Below, in pieces: positions 11,275 to 24,184 of a stretch of 64,000 bases of DNA (position 1 is its first letter; every line of letters begins with the position of its first letter). Position numbers and translations under genes: made by a program. Below the pieces are notes generated by a model, which had not been told where the DNA came from, made no database searches, and saw nothing but the letters and a program-made list of their open reading frames with translations. This DNA is from Tubulanus polymorphus (taxonomy: Eukaryota > Animalia > Nemertea): the NCBI RefSeq assembly GCF_964204645.1, contig NC_134029.1, positions 372,001-436,000 of the forward strand. Reading direction: 5' to 3'.

Positions 11275-14200
11275 TTCATCCTCTATTCAGCATCAGGACA
11301 TCTTGGACCCCTGTACATCCTTTATTCAGTATCAGGACCACTCTGAATCAATATCAGTAATTACTGGTTCCCGAACCCAGGACACCCTGTACATCCTCTA
11401 TTCAGCATCTCTGAATCAGTAACAGTAATTACTTTTGTTAGGATATCAACATTTACCGTACGGTGCTGCCTCTATGCACATCGTTAGCGGGATTTTCATA
11501 CACTAACCTTAGTCAACTCTGGCAAGCTAGGGTTTCGGAGTATAACTGGATAGCACGTCGATTGCCAGAGTTGACTTTAGTTAGTGTATGTAAATCCCGC
11601 TTACGATGAGTATAGCGGCAGCACCGTACGGCCTCTGAACATCCTCTATTCAGTATTAGGATCTATCTGAATCAGTATCAGTAATTACGTTTGTTAGGAT
11701 ATCAATATTTTACCGTACGGTGCTGCCTCTATGCTCATCGTTAGCGGGATTTCCATACACTAACGTTAGTCAACTGTGGCAAGCTAGGGTTACGGAGTAT
11801 AACTGGACAACATGTCGATTGCCAGAGTTGACTTTAGTTAGTGTATGGAAATCCCGCTAACGATGAGTATAGCGGCAGCACCGTACGGTCGGAACACTCA
11901 TGTACGTCCTCTATTCAGCATCAGGACCACCTGTGAATCAGTATCAGTTATTACTGGGTTCGAACCTGGGACGCCCCCGTCTATTTTTCATTCAGCATCA
12001 GGACAACTTGGACCACTACTGGGTTTGAACCCGGGACATCCTCTATTCAGCATCAGGACAACTCTGAATCAGCATCAGTAATTTGGGTTTGAACCCGGGA
12101 CACCCCTGTACATCCTTTATTCAGCATCACGACCACTCTGAATCAGGAGCAGTAGTAACTGGTTCTCGAACCCGGAACACCCCTGTACTTCCTCTATTCA
12201 GCATCAGGACCACTCTGAATCAGCATCAGTAATTTGGGTTTGAACCCGGGACACCCATGTACATCCTTTATTCAGCATCACGACCACTCTGAATCAGTAT
12301 CAGTGATTACTGGTTCTCGAACCCGGGACACCGCTGTACATCCTCTATTCAGCATCAGGACCACTCTGCATCAGTATCAGTAATTACTGGGTTTGAACCC
12401 GGGACACCCTGTACATCCTATATTAAGCATCAGTACCACTCTGAATCAGCATCAGTAATTTGGGTTTGAACCCGGGACACCCCTGCACATCCTTTATTCA
12501 GTATCAGGACCACTCTGAATCAGTACCCTAGTAATTACTGGTTCTCGAACCCGGGAAACCCTGTACATCCTATATTCAGCATCACGACCACTCTGAATCA
12601 GTATCAGTAATTACTGGGTTTGAACCCGGGACACCCTGTACATCCTATATAAAGCATCACGACCACTCTGAATCAGTATCAGTGATTACTGGTTCTTGAA
12701 CCCGGGACACCCTGTACATCCTCTATTAAGCATCAGTACCACTCTGAATCAGCATCAGTAATTCGGGTTTGAACCCGGGACACCCCTGCGCATCCTTTAT
12801 TCAGCATCACGACCACTCTGAATCAGTATCAGTAATTTGGGTTTGAACCCGGGACACCCCTGCACATCTTTTATTCAGTATCAGGACCACTCTGAATGAG
12901 TATCAGTAATTACAGGGTTCGAACCCGGGACACCCCCTGTACATCCTCTATTCAGTATTAGGATCTATCTGAATCAGTATCAGTAATTACGTTTTTGTTA
13001 GGATATCAATATTTTACCGTACTGTGCTGCCTCTATGCTCATCGTTAGCGGGATTTTCATACACTAACGTTAGTCAACTGTGGCAAGCTAGGGTAACGGG
13101 GTATAACTGGACAACATATCGATTGCCAGAGTTGACTTTAGTTAGTGTATGGAAATCCCGCTAACGATGAGTATAGCGGCAGCACCGTACGGTCGGAACA
13201 CTCATGTACATCCTCTATTCAGCATCAGGACCACTCTGAATCAATATCAGTAATTACTGGGTTCGAACCCGGGACACCCCTGTACATCCTCTATTCAGCA
13301 TCAGGACCACCTGTGAATCAGTATCAGTTATTACTGGGTTCGAACCTGGGACGCCCCCGTTCATCTTTCATTCAGCATCAGGACAACTTGGACCACTACT
13401 GGGTTTAAACCCGGGACATCCTCTATTCAGCATCAGGACAACTCTGAGTATCAGTAATTACTGATTCTCGAACCCGGAACACCCCTGTACATCCTCTATC
13501 CAGCATCAGTACCACTCTGAATCAGCATCAGTAATTACTGGTTCTCGAACCCGGAACACCCCTGTACTTCCTCTATTCAGCATCAGGACCACTCTGAATC
13601 AGCATCAGTAATTACTGGGTTCGAACCCGGGACACCCCCTGTACATCCTCTATTCAGTATTAGGATCTATCTGAATCAGTATCAGTAATTACGTTTTTGT
13701 TAGGATATCAATATTTTACCGTACTGTGCTGCCTCTATGCTCATCGTTAGCGGGATTTTCATACACTAACGTAAGTCAACTGTGGCAAGCTAGGGTAACG
13801 GAGTATAACTGGACAACATATCGATTGCCAGAGTTGACTTTAGTTAGTGTATGGAAATCCCGCTAACGATGAGTATAGCGGCAGCACCGTACGGTCGGAA
13901 CACTCATGTACATCCTCTATTCAGCATCAGGACCACTCTGAATCAATATCAGTAATTACAGGGTTCGAACCCGGGACACCCCGGTACATCCTCTATTCAG
14001 TATTAGGATCTATCTGAATCAGTATCAGTAATTACGTTTGTTAGGATATCAATATTTTACCGTACGGTGCTGCCTCTATGCTCATCGTTAGCGGGATTTT
14101 CATACACTAACGTTAGTCAACTGTGGCAAGCTAGGGTAACGGGGTATAACTGGACAACATATCGATTGCCAGAGTTGACTTTAGTTAGTGTATGGAAATC

Positions 14201-15147
14201 CCGCTAACGATGAGTATAGCGGCAGCACCGTACGGTCGGAACACTCATGTACATCCTCTATTCAGCATCAGGACCACTCTGAATCAATATCAGTAATTAC
14301 TGGGTTCGAACCCGGGACACCCCTGTACATCCTCTATTCAGCATCAGGACCACCTGTGAATCAGTATCAGTTATTACTGGGTTCGAACCTGGGACGCCCC
14401 CGTTCATCTTTCATTCAGCATCAGGACAACTTGGACCACTACTGGGTTTAAACCCGGGACATCCTCTATTCAGCATCAGGACAACTCTGAGTATCAGTAA
14501 TTACTGATTCTCGAACCCGGAACACCCCTGTACATCCTCTATCCAGCATCAGTACCACTCTGAATCAGCATCAGTAATTACTGGTTCTCGAACCCGGAAC
14601 ACCCCTGTACTTCCTCTATTCAGCATCAGGACCACTCTGAATCAGCATCAGTAATTTGAGTTTGAATCCGGGACACCCCTGTACATCCTTTATTCAGCAT
14701 CAGGACCACTTTGAATCAGTATCAGCAATTACTGGGTTTGAACCCGGGATACCCCTGTACATCCTCTATTCAGCATCAGGACCACTCTGAATCAGTATCC
14801 GTAATTATCGGGTTCGTACCCGAGACACCCCTGTACATCCTCTATTCAGGATCTCTCTGAATCAGTCAGTATCAGTAATTACTTTTGTTAGGATATCAAC
14901 ATTTTACTGTACGGTCCTGCCTCTATGCTCATCGTTAGCGGGATTTTCATACACTAACGTTAGTCAACCCTGGCAAGCTAGGGTTACGGAGTATAACTGG
15001 ACAGCAAGTCGATTGCCAGAGTTAACTTTAGTTAGTGTATGAAAATCCCGCTAACGATGAGTATAGTGGCAGCACCGTACGGTCGGGACACTCATACATA
15101 TCCTCTATTCAGCATCAGGACCACTCTGAATCAGTACCAGTAATTAC
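11275..15147. repeat. Composite satellite: ~75-bp B-box unit with six 176-bp foldback hairpins
   Basis: CATCCTCTATTCAGCATCAGGACCACTCTGAATCAG..GGGTTCGAACCCGGG units; hairpins bounded by CCGTACGG. Confidence 0.95.
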
Positions 15148-17165
15148 AGAGATATACAGCTGTGGGATCGATGGTTAGGGGGTTGTAGGGATGGAGGGAA
15201 TTTGGTCGCTTCCAGTTTACATAGGAAATCCAGAATTATTGAAGAAATAACAAAGGAAAACTTTCTATAGATTTATCATCACTTTTAATTCATTGATCTT
15301 TCGTAAAAAAAATGTTTACAGCTAATTTTCCTGCACGGAACAGTTTTAAATCTGGTCACAAACAGCAGTTTTTATCATATCCAGAATTCAGATTTACATT
15401 ATTTTTCTGTTTTGTTTGCGTTTTAATGACTTCAGTAGAAAATGCTCAATTCTAGTTAAGTATTCATTTTCATCTGTACAATTCGATTTCAAAAATACTA
15501 TGATTAATCGTGTTCTACGAGGACTAAAAGTTATTTCGAATGTGTAAAGATAAATAATGAATTAATACTGACCGATCTTTGGTCATGAGAGACAAATTAC
15601 ACCATTGAGGTACGGATGAATACTGAGAGAGTAAGGAATTCTGAGAAAAATCTGACACAAATTTCAAGCATTTTGACATCAACTCAGAACTACTGCACAT
15701 AGCCTCCACATCTGAAAATCAGCCCACTATCGGATAATCTGTACCCTACCCTCGAGACAATCGCCATCCATACAAAAACTGATCCAAAAACACTTCACCA
15801 GGTTTCATCTCTGGACCGGAAGCAGCAGTTCCATTTGAAAATTGATTACATTTTTTACCTGACCACAGACAGCAATCGGATCATTCAGACTTTACCCATC
15901 GAATAGTGATTGTCTGAGGAGGTGCAACTGATTGACGGGCTGCATCAAATAGATGTCTTTTTGTCTCAATTCAACCCTCAAACTGAATCAGACTCTTCTC
16001 AAAGGTGGCAGAATCGAAACTGACTAGAATTAAAGATAGGAACTACTTTAATAACTGTGCAAACTGAACATTACTTTCAAGTCGAAGCTGACCTTGGTTT
16101 TCTAACTAATCTAACGAATAATTTTCTTTACAAAATAAGACAATTCCTTAAATAATCGGTTAGTATTAAATATGAATTAAAAAGTAAACCATGGTTTCTA
16201 GAATCCACCGGGAACCCAGTTGTGTCGATATGAAACTCTAAACCAGTGTTGATGTATATATATATCCTGACATGCAGTGCATAAAATACTATAAACCAGT
16301 TCAAAAATATAATTAACGTTAAGAATACACATTCAACTGATGATAACTCGAATCACTAGATGCTGAGAAATAGCCCCTAAAATGAAAGCCTAAATGAGGA
16401 GGTGTCGACGAGAAGAGAAACCTCCTTTAAACTGGTCACTAATTTAACTAAAGGACTAAATTGCCATTAGTCTCTCCCTATTCGAAGGATCCAGTGGTCA
16501 ATAATACTAGATCGGAATAAACTGCCAGATAATATCATTTACTTTGATACAACTGAGTAGTTTAAGGCCCAGTAAACGAAACCAGTTAATAACACTAACA
16601 CATGACAGAGAAATTTGCCTAAGAAAAATTTCTAACCAAAGATCTTGTCACGAACGAAACATGTACAATGTATTCTAAAATTCTTCATAATAAATGTGTA
16701 GGAGTGTTTTATATTTAGGCTTACAATAATTATAGAGGCTGTTTCTAAACTTTCACAAATATTTCAAGAGCGATTTAAGAATTAGGACAAATCAGTTTCA
16801 AAAACTAATACGATCGAAACTTCACCTTGTTTGACACCCTTCTTCAATATCTGGGGTTGATAGATCGAGGGTTCACTGATAAATGTCCTAATTAATAATC
16901 ACAAGGAAATCAAATCACCCTAGAAATGGAGACACATATACCCCTGTCTGAGGCTGTTCAGAAACTATGTACACGGCCGGATGGGAGATCAGTTAAAAAT
17001 TCCCCACTGGTCGAATAGCAGGTGATAATCAGCAAATTTAGTGTACATACAATTCATGAACAACCCCTTACAGGACACCAAACCACAACTGTTTGAAAAA
17101 GACAGAATCTTTTTATCACAAAATGCAGATCACATTCAACCAGTAAAATCAATGATAAATCAATG

Positions 17166-17201
<36 letters not shown>

Positions 17202-17524
17202 TAAACTTAACATATTTCATGAATGGATATAAATTATATTTGAAACGATATTTACAGTTTTTATTGATATTGATATTTATGAGAGGCACTGATATTGCTG
17301 GTTCGATCATCCATTCAAGTTCATATGGAAATACTGGATGATTTTTACACAGACAGGAAGCAAAGTTTGTCGAAATGAAGCCAAAGTTACCATAGAAACA
17401 TCATCAGGCACATATTTGGAACTTGATAGTAATGTATGTATCGATCTGCAGCCTCAAACCAGCCACTTCCCTAAAGACAATCGCAACAATTCACTATGAA
17501 ATCTGTATGCTGCTAAAACGTCTG

Positions 17525-17645
17525 GGGCTGGTTCCACAGTGGAGACTTAAGTCATGGATATTGGTCTTATGTTGTTAGATTGGCTATAGAACTAACATGG
17601 TCTTAGACTGGTCTTAAGTCTAAGCCAAGACTATGGAACCGGCCC
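17525..17645. mobile_element. PIF/Harbinger-like MITE
   Basis: TIR GGGCTGGTTCCACAGT / ACTATGGAACCGGCCC flanked by CTG direct repeat. Confidence 0.7.
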
Positions 17646-19140
17646 CTGGTGTTTGTAGTCCATTTACAATTGAAGATGTCTCAGATGAAGCACTGAACCC
17701 ATGTGTGGACAATCAGATGGTGCTTTATCGAATGGCTGAGAGGCAAGGGGCTTGTTGAGGGAGGGCTGCAGATTGATAACAACTAATTCTTAAGCATATA
17801 TTCCACAGTGAAAGGAGAGTTTACATCATTTGTTTGTTTTATAATTTGAAAGACATTGAGCTTTGAAGGAATGTTTCATCATTAATTAATAATACAGTAA
17901 TTTCCGCTGATGATGATTATATTTACACAGATTCCTGATTGGCACAACTGTTAAACAAACACACACAAAATCAGAGATGAGACACGTGAACACCTGGAGA
18001 CACCTGGGACCAGGAGACACCCAGTCCTACAACCACCCAGGCATAAACACAGTCTAATTCAGTGATATTTTTACAGTTATGAAAGAGTGATGAACTGTAC
18101 AAGTTGTATATAATGTAAAGATCAGTGTGGAATTCAGGGACTCAGTTACAGTCAAGCTCTTTTCTATTCTATTTCAATCCAATATTATTTACCGAAGTCC
18201 ACTATTCTGTGTCCGACCCATAGACGATCATTGATATAATCATCAATAAATGGGTGGGAATTTCTTAGCCTCAGTTCAAACTGACCGATTGAATGTTACT
18301 GAGTAGAACAGTTTTACTGCCTTTTAACCAATCACGATTCGGTATGAATTAAAATATGCAAATGAGATAAATCCATAAAACCCAGTTATAATTAGCATCA
18401 AGTAGAATTATCCGCATTGGTAAAATTATAATTATTGATTATATTTCTGGGAATTAAAATAGACCCGCCACAAATATATATTATACCTGTTGCTAGGTTG
18501 GATAGAATGTGGAATGGTTTTTAAATAGTTTTTGTTGATATTCTCGAGAAGTTTTCGATTCATGTTTTGGCACATTATCATTCATTATTTGGTAACAACT
18601 CAGTTAAAACTGGTTCTTTATGAAACTAAAACTAGACTAAAATCGATCAGAAACTGAAGTTAAATTCAACGAGGATCAACATTTAAATCACAACTTCAAA
18701 AAAAATGGATGGCTCCGATATTTTACTCGAACACAGAAATGGAATAAACGATCAAAGTTCAACTTTTAAATCGGTTAAAAACAACTGCTACAAAACAATC
18801 AAATAACCATCAATAATTCGAACTCAATTATTGCGGAGAATATTTCAAATATTTACATTTTTTTCATAGTATAACGAATAAAATATTAACGCGTGATATA
18901 AAAGTCAACAATTAAATATCCTAAACCCCCGACGACTTATTTATCAATGATACTAAAAAATACCATGCAAAAAAGTGCATAATTGTATCTATCGGAATAA
19001 TTATCTATCGTACGCACGTAGAGATATATCAGTTTCCATAGAAACTGCAACAATGTGATGTTGAATTGCGGTGGAATCACCGTGGAAGCTTGACTAGAAT
19101 AATTGAATATCTCGTATCCTGCCGACGGTAATTACAGGAA

Positions 19141-19206
19141 TCAGCTGCGTTTCTTTTTACCCGGAGGAGTGTTTCCAAAATCTGGACGCAATTCACGGTA
19201 CATCAA
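19141..19206 (-). CDS. MCTP: MCTP last coding exon LMYRELRPDFGNTPPGKKKRS*
   Basis: gtttcag| acceptor phase 0, TGA stop; basic tail typical of MCTP C-termini. Confidence 0.85.
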   Translation of the reverse strand: MMYRELRPDFGNTPPGKKKRS

Positions 19207-19451
19207 CTGAAACAATAAAACAATTGCATTGAATTGATCATCAACTGAAACAATAAAACAATTGGATTGAATTGATCATCAACTGAAACAATAAAACAAT
19301 TGCATTGAATTGATCATCAGCATTTTTATCGTAGTACCAGCAGTGGCCCAGTTATCCAGGCTCATCAAAGCATTAAACCCCTCCTTGCATTCATACTATG
19401 ACCCTTTAAATCTTTATGATTCAGCTTTTTGCTGATAAATAAACCACGTAC

Positions 19452-19549
19452 CAGTTCTTTATCTGACGGAACTCTAGACAAATAATCAAGCAGTTCATTA
19501 TTGGGAATAGCATTCGGAGCTCGAAGTTTCTTAGTGAATTTATTGATAC
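19452..19549 (-). CDS. MCTP: MCTP exon [10 protein letters not shown]...[17 protein letters not shown]
   Basis: Diagnostic MCTP C-terminal motif; AG/GT, phase 1-0. Confidence 0.95.
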
Positions 19550-19762
19550 CTACAAAACAAAATATACAACCATTACTTAAAGGTGACGAGTCTGGTGAAT
19601 TCCTGAACCGGTGTGAAGTGCGAATGATCAGTTTTAAAAAAGGGCGCCGATAAAATGTGTCATGTGTTTGAAGTTCAGTTTTAAAGTTCAATTAAAGATA
19701 TCTCTGAAGGAATGGCGATGATGCATCGACGGGTTACTCATAGAATTGAGTTTAATACTTAC

Positions 19763-19872
19763 CCCAGAGCAAGAGAATGTATCTTACTGGAACGTAGTAA
19801 AGCAGGAAAGTTCCCGCCAGCATCGCTAAACATGCCAACATGGATAACCATGGAACAGTCCAGTTAAACGTA
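19763..19872 (-). CDS. MCTP: MCTP exon, second transmembrane region [10 protein letters not shown]...[13 protein letters not shown]
   Basis: Conserved NTFNWTVP motif; phase 2-1. Confidence 0.95.
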
Positions 19873-19953
19873 CTGAAATAAACAAATCAAATCAATCTTC
19901 CTTTTACCTTACATTCATATAGATCGCTTTGATTTATTTCATTGATGACTCAC

Positions 19954-20060
19954 TTTTTGACACGTTCACCCATTGAAGCAGCCATATCCATTCCTTCTTG
20001 AACTTGTAAACAAATTTCCTGGATTTGTTGCAGTTTTTCCTTGAAACCTTTCTTTTCATC
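19954..20060 (-). CDS. MCTP: MCTP exon DEKKGFKEKLQQIQEICLQVQ...GERVKN
   Basis: Conserved PRT_C-region motif; phase 0-2, donor gtgagt. Confidence 0.95.
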
Positions 20061-20385
20061 CTAGAAATAAATTCATCGTCAGTAATCATCAAAATCATTA
20101 TCGTCACCGCTTACACCGTTACTATAGAGATGAGAATATCATCTTCCCAAGAATCAAAAGAATAAACCCTTCAAAACGAGTGGAACTATCACCGATAAAC
20201 ATCCAGACACCATAGTCAAAAACAGTGTCTTCCAGAAAATGTATGAACGCTGAATAAGAACACAAGATACCGTATAAAACACTAAACCAACCCCCATCCT
20301 CAACACACATAGCTAGGGTATATCAGCCCCTACTCCACACAGAACGTATGATATCAGTCACATTCCACAGACATACGCTACTTAC

Positions 20386-20406
20386 TTCTTTAGCAGCTTT
20401 AGGTTT
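20386..20406 (-). CDS. MCTP: Candidate MCTP microexon KPKAAKE
   Basis: ctgacgtaatag| 21 nt |gtaagt, frame-preserving. Confidence 0.55.
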
Positions 20407-20886
20407 CTATTACGTCAGGTAGTACATAACAAAATGCCGCACAAAAGCAACAATCGATACATTAAAGCCGGAAGATTATGAATATATTTGATCGCGTTGG
20501 AGAAGAGCGAATTCTAGATATATATTCAATTTGAGGCAGTTCATTAAATAATACTGATTTTCATGTAGCGGTACGCACAATAATGGAATATATGTAGGAA
20601 GAAGTAGCCAAGAGTCCAAATAGTCTGAAAGATTGATTTCAAAATGAACTGGAAAGTGAATAATAGCTAGAATTCACTGATTGCAGGTTGTTATAAGTTG
20701 TATACAGGGATTATTATACGGGATCCAAAGGTTTCAGGGGGAGTCCCACAAGGGGGAGGGTCCAACAGGGGGGGGGGGTAGGTAGACTTACTGATGTGCT
20801 ATTAGTTGAACGTTTCTGGATTAAAAACAACATTGATTCATACACAAAATTAAAACTTCATTAGAAATAAATAAATTACATTCGAA

Positions 20887-20999
20887 CAGTGGAACCTCGT
20901 TACAACGAAATTCAGGGCACTAGAAAAATGAGTTCATCGTTAAGTATCCAGCATGAAATTCTAGGTTTGTGTAATAACTGATATAACAAGGTTCCACTG
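20887..20999. mobile_element. Tc1/mariner-pogo-like MITE
   Basis: TIR CAGTGGAACCTCGTTA / TAACAAGGTTCCACTG, TA on right flank. Confidence 0.7.
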
Positions 21000-21126
21000 T
21001 ATCTATAAATACCGACTGATACTACTGAATCATTTACTCTACACAATTACATGCTACGCTAACAATATCTATTGATTGGATTGATTGATTGATTGATTGA
21101 TCGATTGGTTTGATTAATTGATTTAC

Positions 21127-21177
21127 CTTTGGATCCTTTACTTCCTCTTCTTCCTCATCATCTTCATCAAAATATTC
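21127..21177 (-). CDS. MCTP: MCTP acidic exon EYFDEDDEEEEEVKDPK
   Basis: 51 nt, phase 0-0, acidic linker expected between the TM regions. Confidence 0.88.
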
Positions 21178-21839
21178 CTAAACGATAAACAAAAATAACT
21201 TACACAAAGTGACACAGTTACAGTATATATTAGTATGAGGTATACACAGGGAAGTGAGGATGTGAGGTAGTGAGGTTTCAATGTCATTGTTTGCGTAAAC
21301 GTTGAAAACTTAAAAATGTGAATTCATGAAATACAAGCACAACTCGCAGCTGAAGTCGTCCTATTTGTGATGGTAATTATGTTAATGATTCGTCATCCAG
21401 ATGATGACTTACACTTAATAATAAATTGAAATACAATTGAGACTGAAGAAAAGAGATGAATTCAGTGGATGAGACGACTAGTTGTAATGACAAAGATGTG
21501 TTGTCAGTAGCGTTGGAACCATAGCGACCGCAGTGGCGAAAGCCGTGGCAATAATTTACTGAATGACGTTTTTTTCTTTCTATACTTTTTGATGAAATTG
21601 AAGTAAATTCACCGCTGCAAAATTAGAACCTATGGAAAAATCGGCAATTGGCCGCGGCAATCAAAAATTGCTTCCAACGCGCCTGGTTGTTGAGGATGAA
21701 CACGGTTTAATCCTCAACAACAATTCTTAAGATATAAATGAGTACATTATCAATTAACTGAACACGATGATCAGATTTGATGTTTGAAAACACCGCATTC
21801 GGGCAGGATTATCACAGCAGGTGGCAGCACTGTCGTTAC

Positions 21840-21863
21840 CTGTTTCTTTGATTTTAAACGCCG
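21840..21863 (-). CDS. MCTP: Candidate MCTP microexon RRLKSKKQ
   Basis: tttatttctag| 24 nt CAG|gtaacg, frame-preserving. Confidence 0.55.
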
Positions 21864-22514
21864 CTAGAAATAAATTTGAATACAATCTGAATTATTGGAA
21901 TATAGAGGGCAGCAGCAGCAGCAACAGCAGCCGTTATAGCACGTTTCACAATCCATTACCAAACCACGTCTACTAGGAGAACCTTGTATTTCTCACAAAT
22001 AGAATGATATATTATTTGCCTGTGACTACTGCATGTTTAAACCCGTGGCACTGAATCACTATGCTATCCTCTATTACAGGTTTAAGGGTAGCTGGTTGTT
22101 CTAAAGCTAGGTATTTGCTATAAATATAAGGGGTTTTAAAACAGACTATCAAAAATTTTCTCCCGAGGAATATGGCTGACACAAATCTAGGGACTCTCTA
22201 ACGTAAAACTACCGGTAAATAAGCGTTTTGGAAGGTTTTTTTATCCCACAAACCGCGACAACTGATTAAATTCAATCATTGTTTTTACCTTACTGCGTCC
22301 GCGTACTAATTGTTTACATAAAGATCCAACTCGTTGAAACTTTTGAGTAAAGAAAACATCATCAGTGATTTTGAAATCAGAGAGATTTTACCTAATGAAT
22401 TCTCAGGTCGTCATAGTTTCTGCGTTACATATACTCGACCATTCTAAAAACATTCACTACATGACAACAGTAGACACATAGTACATGAAGTAGATTATAG
22501 AGGGCGTTACTTAC

Positions 22515-22640
22515 ATCTTCTTTGGCATCTTTGTTGAGACGGCTAATGATAGTGGTTATAATTAATTGGAAGACGAATACTATGAACAATGTTAACGGAG
22601 CCATGTATAGTTCAAATGTCCAAGTCAATATCAGGAATAC
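22515..22640 (-). CDS. MCTP: MCTP exon, first transmembrane region VFLILTWTFELYMAPL...
   Basis: FELYMxPL motif; 126 nt, phase 0-0. Confidence 0.95.
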
Positions 22641-22671
22641 CTGAAAAAACAGTCAACATGTTAATCATTAC

Positions 22672-23602
22672 AGGGAAGGAGGGATAGAGGTAGGGAGGGA
22701 TAGAGGTAGGGATAGAGGTAGGGAGGGATAGAGGTAGGGATAGAGGTAGGGAGGGATAGAGGTAGGGAGGGATAGAGGTAGGGAGGGATAGAGGGAGGGA
22801 TAGAGGTAGGGAGGGATAGAGGGAGGTAGGGATAGAGGTAGGGAGGGATAGAGGGAGGGATAGAGGTAGGGAGGGATAGCGGTAGGGAGGGATAGAGGTA
22901 GGGATAGAGGTAGGGAGGGATAGAGGTAGGGAGGGATAGAGGTAGGGAGGGATAGCGGTAGGGAGGGATAGAGGTAGGGAGGGATAGAGGGAGGGAGGGA
23001 TAGAGGGATGGAGGGAGGGATGGATAGAGGTAGGGATGGATAGAGGTAGGGAGGGATAGAGGTAGGGAGGGATAGAGGTAGGGAGGGATAGAGGGAGGGA
23101 GGAATAGAGGTAGGGAGGAATAGAGGTAGGGAGGGATAGAGGTAGGGAGGGATAGAGGGAGGGAGGGATAGAGGTAGGGATAGAGGTAGGGAGGGATAGA
23201 GGTAGGGAGGGATAGAGGTAGGGAGGGATAGCGGTAGGGAGGGATAGAGGTAGGGAGGGATAGAGGGAGGGAGGGATAGAGGGATGGAGGGAGGGATGGA
23301 TAGAGGTAGGGATGGATAGAGGTAGGGAGGGATAGAGGTAGGGATGGATAGAGGTAGGGAGGGATAGAGGTAGGGAGGGATAGAGGTAGGGAGGGATAGA
23401 GGGAGGGAGGGATAGAGGGAGGGAGGAATAGAGGTAGGGATAGAGGTAGGGAGGGATAGAGGGAGGGAGGAATAGAGGTAGGGATAGAGGTAGGGAGGGA
23501 TAGAGGGAGGGAGGGATAGAGGTAGGGAGGGATAGAGGGAGGTAGGGATAGAGGGAGGGAGGGATAGAGGTAGGGAGGGATAGAGGTAGGGAGGGATAGC
23601 GG
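22672..23602. repeat. Purine-rich GGGAGGGATAGAGGTA minisatellite
   Basis: Directly visible 12-16-bp units. Confidence 0.97.
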
Positions 23603-23903
23603 TACGGTAGATCATGTAGGAGCGATAGATTCACTCTTATCTGTAATTAGTCGTAGTTCACCAAATATTAGAATAATTTGATATAAAAATAGTAAATTAA
23701 TTGAAAATGAACAAGAAATTATTCTGATTTTGAGAATATTTTGATATTTTAAAGAGTAGTTCAGCTCTTAGTAGACATAGCCAAGAGACAATTTGAGGGC
23801 AGTTGGAGCGACGATGGGTCATCATCGCATGAATTGGGGCTAGAAAATAGGAAGCTGTCTCGGAGGGCACGCGAATCTACTGTATGTGGTTAATAAGACT
23901 TAC

Positions 23904-24023
23904 TATAAACGCAGCTATACTTCGAGGTTTCGATTCCCAATTAAAACAGCTTTGTAAGAAAACGCCACCTTCAACAGCGGAATCAATAATCTGCGTTAGA
24001 CGATCTATATTCCTCTTCATTAC
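23904..24023 (-). CDS. MCTP: MCTP exon VMKRNIDRL...SCFNWESKPRSIAAFI
   Basis: Conserved SCFxWES motif; 120 nt. Confidence 0.95.
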
Positions 24024-24109
24024 CTGCAATAATACATTCGAATTTACAAACTTGGTTTGAAGGTGATTATTGAATTGATTCTAAGCGAGTTTCAGCGATT
24101 GATACTTAC

Positions 24110-24184
24110 AGCGATTTTGAATTGAGGTCTCGGTTGCATGTATTTCTCCTCTCTTGGATTCACTGTTCTTATTGCAGCTTTCAA
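24110..24184 (-). CDS. MCTP: MCTP exon LKAAIRTVNPREEKYMQPRPQFKIA
   Basis: 75 nt, phase 0-0, conserved motif. Confidence 0.93.

Noticed and set aside
13145-14451. Two identical 87-aa ORFs
   Set aside because: Non-ATG start, inside the duplicated satellite block
20480-20798. 7-nt microexon 20792-20798 plus possible terminal exon from 20624
   Set aside because: Splice signals present but reading frame ambiguous and no motif support
22612-23634. 340- and 315-aa PSLPLS ORFs
   Set aside because: Low-complexity intronic repeat lacking stops
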